Below are positions 27,601 to 39,600 of a stretch of DNA of 64,000 nucleotides, one piece after another (the stretch's first letter is position 1; every line of letters starts with the position of its first letter). The position numbers and the translations under genes are program-made. The notes under the pieces are model-generated. The model saw only the letters and a list, made by a program, of their open reading frames with translations, searched no databases and was not told where the DNA came from. This DNA comes from Yuukianura sp. NJ FZ-2021 (lineage: Eukaryota): NCBI GenBank assembly GCA_046563655.1, contig CM102286.1, positions 12,896,001 to 12,960,000 of the forward strand, in the 5' to 3' direction.

Positions 27601-30600
27601 GGTATAAGAAAATGGGAGCCAAATTTAGGATTGGTGAGCCCTGAAAAGTTTTAGTTTTGACTTGTCAAGACACTTTTTAGATTCACAAAGATGAGAAAAG
27701 TTTTAGAGGGAAAGGGTCCTAGGTTTTTAGTAGTAAAAGAAGTCTAAGGGCCCCATGATCACTGGACCGAAAACGACAGAATAAGACTTGAGTACTACAG
27801 AGAAGAAAGCAGAGTTACTTGTAGTACTAGAGCAGCCAAATTTCACCAATCCCACAAGCGCCTACTTCAAAATGAGCCAAAAAGAAATGGAAAACGACTC
27901 ATTGTTCTGTTCTCTCTGCCTAAATTACTCGCAAGTTGCGAGTCGCAACTCACTTCAGTTTTTCAAAATTTCTAAAACGTCTTTATTCGAATTTTTTTTT
28001 GTATAAGATTTTCGCTGTTAAAGATATTCTTAACCTCATAAACTTTCCACTTTTTGGAAAAAAGTATTTGTCAAGCCTAGGTTTACCCATTAAGCGATTT
28101 TATCGAACGAGGTCTATTTTCTAATTTTTTGGATAAATTTTTCATCAGGATAAGAAAGTTGATAAAAAATTTTCTTTTACAACTTACTCAAATATTCTCA
28201 AGTTTTTCTTGTTTGTTTGAATTTTTTTTAGAAATCCAGGAAACCTTTGTATTTTGCTTACTTGAATGAAGTCACGATTTACGTCAACTTACTCCAAAAT
28301 AAAGTTCAAGCAGAAGGAAAAACGTCTTACCTGAAAATAGAAAAATAGAAATTTTTAGTATATTTTTAGACAAAACCTTGAAATGTATTTTTTTTGTACC
28401 ACTCCACTCTGACTCAATTTATGCCTGAACTACTTTTCTTTTGTCACGAAGTTTAAAACCCTTGGAGAAAGTCTCTTTTTACTAAATGCTTCTCCAACTA
28501 ACTGCCATTATGTTTTCATCTTGACATAAGACTGAAGATGGGCATTTAAATCAGGAACCAACGACAAAAGTTTTTTGAAGTCATATCCGCCTTTCCATAA
28601 GAACCTCAATTGAGATGAAGATGATGGCGTATTCCACTCCCAGTAGAAGAAGTTTTATTACTCTATTTAGAACCACTTGACATACTTTCCAGGCACGCAA
28701 AAAAATGAACAAAAAATCCCAGGCCTGGAAATTGTTTGAAGCAGAGCTGGGCAACGAGTCCAGACTTTGGCTGAACAGTGCCAGTACCTCAAGCTTATGA
28801 CTACTTTTCATTAGAAATGAAGATGGAGGTTCTTTCTTCTTTTTGGCAACTGGCCCACTTTCGACTTTCTTTTGTATCTTTACTAGATTTAGTCCAATTT
28901 CAAAAAAGAAAGCTATTTTCAAAAATTCAAAATTTGAGAATACCATTTCCTTTATGGTCCTGCGAAATTAATACTTCGGCTGAGGAAGTCCCCGCTAACA
29001 AAACTGCTACCACGAAAACCAATTTCATTTTTGCTGAACAAACTCACAGAATCAGATTTTTAAACACTCAATAGCAAAATTTTTCACACTGTGCAAAGTC
29101 ACGCAGTCAATGCAAAGATATTAAAACAAACTAAACTTTTTCTAATTCTAGAAAGTTTCTAGTTCTAATTTTGTCAAATCAAGTAGAGATATTAAATGGA
29201 GTTCCAGAAAATGCGAAGCTCATCCATTATCATAATTTCTTTCCAAGGTTAAGTTGAACACGTAATGAATGGCTCCCTGCAGCTTTTCTGATAATGCCAT
29301 TAAATGTTCATTTTTTAACAAGGTCAAAGGTCAAGGCTATCCTGACTTCCTGTGAAAACGAATTTGAAATAACAGCAAATAAAGAAGTTTTAAAGTTTCG
29401 CATTAGATCAAAAGAAAGGCAAATATTTTGGAAAGGTTTGCCTTTGCATTCGATTAGCTTTACACGAATTTTTTTAAATTCTTGAACTCATATTTTATCT
29501 ATTGCAACAAAAAATTATTAGACGCAGTTTGGCACGAATGGCAGCGTCAAGCTGCTCCACCAAGCATCTTTACTGTTGCCATTCCAAAAAAAAACTAGGT
29601 AAGGCTGCTAATGCTTTTTGTTCGTTAATTTATGTTCATTTGTGTTCTTAATGAAATGTGCTTCTGTGCAGTAAGGAGCCAAACGCTCCTAGTCTTCTCT
29701 AAAAATTTTACAGCCATAATAATTTTTTCTCTGATTTCTTTTTCCTCTATGGAATAATATCCATTCACCAAAAGAACTTTACTACTCTCCACTCTACTCG
29801 CTCGCAGCAGTTTCCTTTGAACATGAAAACAACAACAACAAGAACACACACACAAAAGTTAGAAAAGTGAAAAACTTTTTAGAAGAGAGAGCTAGAAGCG
29901 GAGTAGTAGGTTTCACGGCCTGCCAAACTCCCTGCCCCTGTTCAATATCTCAAGAACAAATGTTGTTTTATTTTCTTTCGTGCCGAAACTGAAAGTGAAA
30001 GTGGAGAAAGCATCATTCTTTGTCTTGCTCTACTTCCACCTCAGCCTCCTGCAACACTCGTGCTAAATACATTATCTATATTAATGACTTCCAATTGCCA
30101 GCTACTCCCTCCAGGAAACAGCACAGCCCCCTTCCACTAGAAGTGTCTTTTGTTTTATTTACAATATCCATCAATGCCGCCCATTTTCTTTACGACCGTC
30201 GAAGGATCGATGGACTTCTCCCGGTTCGCCAATTCAACAAACAAAAACAAACTTGGAAGTCTCTAGTTTAGGAGAAAACACTTTTTCAAAAAACGAGTCT
30301 CGGAGTATAAGTGTGTAGTAAGTGAGTGTTTTAAATTCTGTTCAAATCACCCGCCAAATTTAGGAGAGACCAATTTCTAATTCAGCACCAAACTTGTTAT
30401 TAATGGGCGTTGATCCGGTTCTCAAACTCTACAAAATAAAGTTTCTTCCTTCTGCTTATGTAATGCTTCGCGCCTCTAGCGCGAAAAGGCGCAATGTGAA
30501 AGTTAAAGCCTGTGTAGGGTTATGTTAGACGCATAAAAATACTAGCTTTAAAAATGGCGCGGAAGTGAAAGTTGGTTCATAACCTTATGAATAAGTATGA

Positions 30601-33600
30601 AAGAAAAATAAATATGGCGACTACACCGTAATGCATTTGAGTAGCAGCTTTGGAGAAAGCTGTACCAAAAACTCTCGAGTTTTTTTCGTGTAGAATTTTC
30701 AAAATTCGTGCTGAATCTCGCCAGAATTTCAGCTTGGATTGCACTGAACCACTAAGACTTTTTTTTCAATGTTTCTGGAAGGCTTTGGAGGAGGCTAAAG
30801 GAAAGTCAATTGAAGTGAAGCGAAGGGTTTGAAATTCCCACGGGACGAGAAATAAATTTGGCTGACCAAGGTCTCTTGACCCCATTGACAGGAAAAGTTG
30901 GTGACATGGGAAGTCTCTTGGAAAGCACTTTTGGTCGTCTCTGTACTTTTTTAAAAAGAAAAAAGGGGTAATCGTGCAGTGACAAACATGTCAAAATCCT
31001 TACTCTCTCCTACTTACAAATTGACAACTTGTGTCAAACAAATTTTTCTTTCAAAAAAAATTGCAACAATTTTTTCCTTTTTTTAAAAATACATAAAGGC
31101 TCATGGATTCGTCTTTTGGCTCACACCATTACTTCAACGCATTTCTTGTAATCTGATTTGCTTCTGCTCCAAATTATGAGAAAACAGTGGAGGTGTTTGT
31201 TTACTTTTATTTCACAAGTTTATGCTACTTTGTGAAAGTTACGCAACTTAACGATTTCGCTAATGGTTTGGCATACATAAGGTTTTGCGTAAGACTCTGT
31301 GCCAACAGTTTCAGCTGGACAAAAATAATAAAACCAATAAAAATGAAAATTGATATTTCGAAATAGTTTTTGAAAACCGTCTGGAAGTTGTTAAGAAAAT
31401 GTCAGTGTTAGGTTAGTTAGAATTGGAAATGTTTGGGCTGTTTCGGTTAGGCTAACGTTTGGTTTTAGCCTTCTAGGAAATGCAAATCCAGGAAATTCAA
31501 GAGGAGAGCACGTAACTATGCATTTTAAATCAAGTCGGAATGGAGAAACGTCCTTGAGTGAAACCGCCTCCATGAAACTGCATTTTGTATGTTCCCGCGT
31601 TTCACAATTTATTTTTGGCTGGAGAGCTAATCTTGAAAACGAGGCTATGTAAACTTGAGGTCTGCAGAATGTAATTTAATTTCTGTGGGTCCTTTTGTTT
31701 AGAATTTTAAAGTTCAAAAGTGGACGTTCGTGCAGAGAATAAAGAAGTTAAGAAAAACTGTGGGCATAGCGTTTTTCGTTTTGTTCGGATCGCCAGTTCC
31801 CGCTTTTTTCGTTGTGTGCCTCGTGTTCGCATTTGCCAAAAAACCACTCTCCGCATAGAGACTCTAAATTTAGCAAAAGAATGTCGTGGACAAAGGCCGA
31901 AAAGTTGACAGAGCTTTATCTACAGAGTGACTCTGCTGCTACGCCACGCCCTCACTTTGAAGTCTTCTAGGAAAAGCTAGTGCCTCGTCTACACTTGACT
32001 TATGATGAAAGCAGAATTGTTTGGTCAACCAATCTTCCTGATCTTCTGCAAAAAGAATGCAATACAAAGACCTGTCGTATCCAGCCTTCCAACTCTCAGT
32101 GTTCTCTATTTTTCGTTGCTTTCTCCCGTGTAGCTATAATTCGGCATTTTTGTTTCGCCATAGTCCACGATTCGCGAGTTTCACCTTTCGTCGTTTTCGT
32201 AACTTTTCGCTACAGGGAATCAAAATTTAACGAGAGAAAGTTCTCCCATTTTGTTTTTTCTCGATTTTTTTTTTGGGGACTTGATTAGAGTCAGCAAAGG
32301 ACGTACCGCTTTGTTTGCTCTTCTAAATTCACTTTTGCTTTTAGTTGTTTCCGAGTTGCTCCAATTGCTGTAACTAGAAATGTGTGTATTGGGCCTAAAA
32401 ATTCCATTAGTCGCATGTTTTGGATTTCGTAAAGTATTCATGACACGAAGAAGCACAGTCCCTTCATCGCCAGCAACTGGCGCGTACCTTCTCATCTGAA
32501 TTTATTGTTTCCCGCCAGTTCCCTAATGGATTTAATGGCCGATTCCCAATTGCCGAACCCTAGTTTCACTTTTTACAGTTCGTGTATTCACCTACAGCAC
32601 AGTTTTTAATGGAACTAAAAAGCTTGAGATACTACAGTCTGCGACTAACATAAACCAAAAATAGAACAATTTGAACTGCCATACTGCGGAACTAGGGAAC
32701 TTAAATTATGAGAATTTGCAATATTGGGAAGGCGGAAAGGTAGTTGCACGCAATTGGTTCCACTTGTTAGGCTTTATGTTTTGTATTGACAAAGTAACTG
32801 GAATTGCTCCCAGAACCATGCGAGGTTTGAGGTAAAACGTACACTTGGATTTTGGATTTGGCGCACAAAATCTCCTGGACTGGAAAGTAGTTTATGGAGG
32901 AATTTAGGACAAAAGGAAATGTAGAGGGAGAAAGTAAAAAGACTTTTATTCCATTGGCAGCCGTTGTTGTTGTTTCTGATTTTATCACACTCTGACACGG
33001 CACACGAACAAAATAAGTCCAAAATGGACTTTCTCCTTTGCTACAAAAAGTTCTCTTCGGAAGGACGTGATGCCCAAACTAGTCGGGAACTGAGAACAAT
33101 CGAATGACAAAAGCAGATGATTGCAGTGGAAGTAAATGGTGAGTTACGACGATGACGCTACAAGCCTTCATCGACAAATGCATCATCATCAAAACTTTAC
33201 AAAAACTAAACAGCACTTATTTCCACACATTTCATACTTTATTCCATGCCATTTTTGCTGTTCCAAAGGAAAACAAGGTTGATCATTATAGCAGTTTAGG
33301 CTATACTTTTCAAAAAATGTCGCCTGAGCAAAAACAAATGTAACTTAAAGCAGTTGGAATTATGGTCAAACAAAACTTTCACTTTGCACTCTAAACATCC
33401 CTGCTAAATTTTCTTTGTGAAATGACGGTGTTAAGTTGTGTTTGATTGAAAAAATAGTGCAGCCAACGCAGTATTTCTCCGAGTTTCAACAACATTTTTT
33501 TTTGCTTCAAAGTTCATTTGTTTCTGTCTATTTTTAGACTGAATTTGCTGCAATAGTTTTCCTTCTACAACCGAAAATTTTCTACATAAAGAAAAATCTT

Positions 33601-36600
33601 CTTCTGTCTACGTGATCCGCCTCGTTCAAATTGTTTCTTCTCTTGTTATGCTCCATGCATCTCAAGAATCTCAAATTTTTTATTCCTCCGAAAGATGCAT
33701 CATTACCGACGCACAGGATCTAGGAATTGAACTGTTAAAAAGTTCACATCAATTTTTCACAGGCTTCATTTTTATATTTTTTGTAAGGATTTCAGATTTT
33801 CATCCACAAATCTTTTTTTTATTCTTCCACGTAGCTGCTATATTGACTTTTTTTTAAAGCTGGAAAGAAGCAAAAAGTCTTTCCCTTAAATTGGAAAACG
33901 TGTTCGAAGCTATAAGCGCTCTACTTCAAAAACGCACAGTCCCTCGTCCCCCCTCCGGCTTTCTTAAGCTAATGGGAGCCTCATTTGAGAAGAAAGTTGC
34001 TCATTAAGAAGGGAATGAGGCCATAGACCTCTGCCGAAAGTGAAAGTTCCGAAACTTCCGAGAGGTGAAAGTCTGGATATCAAAAAGGGATATGAGTAAT
34101 TCAAATTTTCGCGCCAACCAGCCTGCCAACCTCCCGCTCCGTTTTTATGTGTTTGCCCGTGGCTTTTCGTTTTAAGTTGCATGATGAAAAGGCATTTATT
34201 GCTCATTTCCTCATTTCCTTTCAGATCGTCCCATTGAGTGACTCATAAAACACTCATTTTCTCCTACTCATTTACATTCACTTCTCCTGAAACAGTTTTA
34301 ACAGTTTGCCTTAAATGAACTTTCTCAAATTTCACTTTCTCCACAACTGTCTTCCGTGTTTTCAAAGTTAGCTTTTCCTACAAAATGAAAATGGCGAAGT
34401 GAAAGTATAAGTCAAGCAAAGAAGTAAATGTACAGGGTGATTCAAATGTAAAGCTATGTTTAAGAAAAATCGGAAAAAAATCTACCACTCTGTATTTGGT
34501 AAGGGTGTGGTAAATTCGTGAAATGTTTTTGCCAACTCCGAAACTTTTAGAACACGTTGTACATTTGCGCGTTCGTAAACATGCACCAGAATGAAACATT
34601 TTTAGTGACCAATAAACTTTCGTCGTCGTCGTCTCTCCTACACCTTGCCGACGACAGGCGCTCCAGTTCTTGTTGTCATAAAAATATAATGGGTCTTGTA
34701 AGGTCATGAAAGCTAATACTGTTGCTGTTCATGCTCGTTTCTTCAAGTCAGCTTCATGTTCGAATCTAAAAATCTAAGCTAATCATTCTCAAATATTCTA
34801 AAACGGAAGAAGCAGCGTTAGTGCCAGTTGTGTCTTTCCTTTTTATGCTGTCACGGGTCTTATAAAATATCCATTCCGTTGCACTTTTCATTCCGACCGA
34901 GAACTCTGCTTCTCCTTCATTTTATCCGCCAGGGAGGATAAACTTCCCTAGACTATTCGTATTATTTATGGCTTTAAATATTCAGGAGGTCCTTAATACC
35001 GAAGCGCTCCTTTCAAACTAAAAGGAAACAGCGACACTTTCCCCATTACTCATCCCTAGTTCTTAAGGCAGGATGGGATCCTAACCTAAACTTTTGGACT
35101 TGCTAAGTTTATAGTACCATCTTTTACTATTTGCATTTTCACCAAAAGCCATTTCGCACCAGATAGTTTGCCATACTGCGAAAAGGCCAAAGCATTTTAT
35201 GCTAAAATAACTTCAGACTCATTGCGCATACCCCCTTTAACCTAAAAGTCGTTTCAGAATATAGGTTCAACGAATGGCAAAATAACAAATTAAAAAAAAC
35301 GGTCCTAAATCGTAATCCGGAGTGCACGAAAGTACCGCAAGATGGCGCTGCATTTGCAAACGGCTATAACGAGACGAACAATGATTATTAACCATGAAAT
35401 GAAAACAGTTGACCTTTGACCCAAAACGAGGTCACTCGGGGTCATGTGATGTAGATGAGACGAACTAGTGAAAACAGATAACAGAAATATTGAGCTGTTT
35501 TCAAGATAATTGCCGCCAACGGCCGCCCAGACAGACAGACAGACAGACATGTTATATGCACAAAGTAGCTTTCGCTACTTAATAGCCCACGCACCCAACA
35601 GAGTGAAAATAGCATAACAAAACCTAACTTGAACAAGGACATAGGACCCTAGGTGAAAGTCTTGGAAGAATAGATTGGCGCAGTTTTCTAGTTGAACAGT
35701 CACCGGAGCTTAATCATCCATACATTAAGGTGGAACTAACCTTAACGGCTCTCATAGCCATTCTTTTCTGAACAAAGTTCGGAGGAACAAAGCTTTAGTT
35801 GAGGAGACTATGTGAGGGTAGGCCCATTTACCAGGACTAATCTAGGCCTTCTATCACCTCTTCCTTACTTCAGTCATCAATCATAATGAGAATTGGGAGG
35901 TAGGATTTGGGAAGATGGGAGCCACTTTGGAACCTGAGACATAACCGTCTTTAGGCTAACTGAGGACTAAGCTTTCCTCTGGAAACGAAGATTCTAGCGG
36001 CAGAAGTGGCATGGTTAGGTTAGTCATAAAGAGAAGGGGATATTTCCCCTTTTCACCTCATGAACTGGTGAGAGTGTGGGAAGAAAAGGAGGCTCGGAGG
36101 AGAAAGTAGTGGTGAAAGTAATAGTAATATCCCAGAACTATTTTCCAGACGAAGGGAGACAAGTAAGGGCCAAAGTCATTCTGCCTCTTCTCCTCATCTT
36201 CTGGGATCGAACAAAGTAAAAGTAAGTGGAGGAAGAAGGTTTAAATGTGATCCTAGTTAACTAGATAGTATCAGTCCCACATCACTTCAAATCCCTAAAA
36301 CTTAAGGAGACACGTCGGAGGGATTGCAAAACCCAAAATGCCACTTTCTTTTCAAAGGTGTAGAACACTCCCGCAATGACTTTCAAACTCTAGCAAAAGG
36401 AATTCAGCGGAAATTGGAAAAAGAACAGAAAAGAAAACCGAATTCCACGAAAGGTGGAAACATATCTAAGATCTACTCTCAGTAAAATTGTCAACAACTA
36501 AATGGTAAACTACAACGTAGGCAACAGATAACAACTAACCTAACACAATATCTAAAATTTGAAAATTTTGAAAAACGCGAATGTCATGTTGTTTTTGTTT

Positions 36601-39600
36601 AGTAAACTTAAAAAAATGATCAAATGCAAAAGTCGTGTTTAAAACTCAGACACAAATTAAAACTAGCTTCCACAATTGATAAACTTAATTCGGTTAAATT
36701 GAATTAATTTTTCATAACGCAAAAGCTTACGCTAACCTGTTTTTCAATATTCTACAAAATATTTTTCAGAATCAACTGTTATTAATTTTTTATAAATTGT
36801 TGAACATTTCGATTTTGAACATATTTGTGTTGACCACTTTGACGAAAGTCAGTGTGGTCAGTTTAGTACTAATGGCGTCAGCGAGGATAATAGTGAAATG
36901 AAGTCAGGCTAAAAGTAGAAGATATTGTCAGTGGTGAGACTTCTTCGAGAATGTGGAGCCAATTTGGAAGAAAGTGTGCTTTCTCCACTGCATTGCTTCG
37001 TTGCCCATCTATAAAACCGACAAGAAGTGCCCAACTACGGGTAAAAACCTGGTGGAAATGATAAAAAGTCTGGATTTCTTTATAGCCGAAGCTGAGAGAG
37101 CAGCTTTCCCCAATACTCCCCTCCCTCAGCTTTCTTCTTATTTCCTGGTACGACTTGCTACCAACCCCAACTTCCGTGCACACTTGAAGGTCATTTTCAT
37201 GAATGGTTTCTTTTGGAAAGTGACTTGGAGCAAAGAGGTCACCTAACCAGATTTAGGCATTGTGTAAACCGAGTATACCTTAGTGCAGCAAAATTGGTTT
37301 CCTGTGACATAAGGGCTTCGGGTGAATAGAGAGTTCCATTTCCATTGATGAGATTTAGATCCATCTTCAAAATGGAGCACAGAATGTTTGAAAGCTCTGC
37401 TGCTGGCTAGCTACTAGTAGCAAAGTACTAAAGAACAGAAAATTCAAAGGTCCGCGGTATTTATAAAATAAACTTTTTTGATTAAATTTAGCCTGGGTTC
37501 TCAGCCTCCTCCTCCTTCGAGAAAGTAATCCATTAGTCGTGCCCCGGCTACTTTTCCTCCCCCACTGGAGAAAGTTCATCTTAATTAACCATTCAGATTT
37601 TAACCTACTTTTTCAGCAACTTAAACTTATCAAAAAGTGATTCACAACTTTCACTTTTACACTAATTTTACACTTTCGAACAAAAATAATTTCCAGATAT
37701 AAAATAAATCCTGAAAATGAAAAGAGGAGAAAATGAAAAACGGAAAACAAAAAATATTATAAAAAATCATTCCTTTTTTTTCAAAAATTTCTGGGTTGGA
37801 AAAAATTTCAATTTTCTTCACCTCGAAAGCAATATGTTGTCGGCCATTCATCATTCGATGGCCGTCGTAACAAAAGAGTGAATGAGGAAAGCATGTAGGT
37901 CACTTTCTCCTCCATCCATTGTTCAAAAACTGAAAGATGAAAATTCTTGGTGATCGAGGAAGACATTCCTGTGCGTCTTGCTAGCCTAATATTTGCGCAT
38001 AGTTTCTCTCTCCAAATCCTTAATTCAGCTGGAAGATTATCTGAGAAGATCTGGGCGACATACCTTTGTGTATCGGTTCGGTATGCACTATAATAACCTC
38101 TCCTGAAACTTTCTCTGCTGAAATACGATGGAGACGAGGCCATGTGGGTCAACAAAATGAGAAATGGCAAAATTCCTGGAATTCCCGAGAGCTTCATTTC
38201 TATTGTTTAGCTTTTCGAGATAGAAAGAACACGGAGCCCCCAGAATATGAGTTGAACTGGAGATAAAATGGAACCTAATTGGATGTATAGCATACACAAT
38301 TGTTCTGCTTTTTTTTTCAAGAACTTTTGGAAAAATTGGAATGAAGGCAGTGGACCGTATAACGATTGTAATTTTCCAAGAATTTCATCGAAAAAAATCC
38401 GAAGACTTCTGCGGAAAAGTTTGAGCAAATCCTACAAATGTTGGGAAAAAAAGCTCTCTTGTTCTAATTTTGTAGAGTTCAATTTACAATCAAGGAATGA
38501 TTTTTCTTGATCTTCACCATTTCTTTTTTTTTCAAAAAACGTACCAAAAATTGAGAACTGAAAAGAAAGGATGGAGTGAGTACAAAGTGGAACTATTAGA
38601 TCAGACACTGAAGGATGTGAAATCAAAATGGATGGAAGTTGGAGAAACCTATTGTACTTTTACTACTCACAACCAGTAATAGGCTTCAGCAAACGATGTT
38701 CGCGTTTCTTACTAGTTTCTACAAAATTTTTAGATCCTGGACTTGCCCAAAAACCGAAAAAATCGAACCAGTCAACTGTGGTTTACAACTTTACTTTTTT
38801 TTGGAGAAAAAAATCCGGGTAAAAGCAATTTCGAGTTGCTTTCACTCCACTTTTTAAGAATTTTTCATCCTCAACCTGATATTGATATATTTTTCTCAAA
38901 AAATCTTTTCTTTTTGGCTGTTACGAACAAAAAGCTTTTTCCTTCTTCTTCAAATGGACCATTTTGTGTGACTTGTAGAGGGACTTAAGGGCCACTTTTT
39001 GAGTTATTGAGACTAAGGGTCATGGGCCTATAACTTATGTTCAGAATCCTTCTTATTTTTTCACAGAACCTGACTTTTTGTGAGGACTCGTAAGTCCTCC
39101 TTCATCCTATTGACTATTTAAAGGGCCCTTGGACAGTTTCCTTTTGTCCAGAAAATGGGGACAGATCAGTATAGTACCCTGGCCTAACCATTTTGTTTTC
39201 TTTGTCATTTAAGACTCTTGTAGGCTCTTCGGCTATTGGCAGAAGCATTAAACTCTTTGCAGAAACTTTGACGTTGAGGAATGGACCAAGAGTCCAACTA
39301 ACAGTAAAGTTTGATGGCTCACTTCCGATCTGGAGATGCTAAGTGACCATTTATCATTTTTTGGAAAACAACCAATTTTCCAGGAAATTTTAGAAACGAG
39401 GAAGACAAATTTTTCAGAATTTTGGGAAAAAAGTTTGCAGCAGAATTTGATAAAAAAATATTCAAGGCTCTGCGTTTTCTTCCTGTCAAATTTCAAAAAT
39501 CACCGCCTCTGCACTATTGTAATTAACCGGCGTTGTAAAAACTTTGTTAGCTCAACTTTTTATAATTGAAATGAAACCTAGGTTTCCTTTCTCTGAGCTA

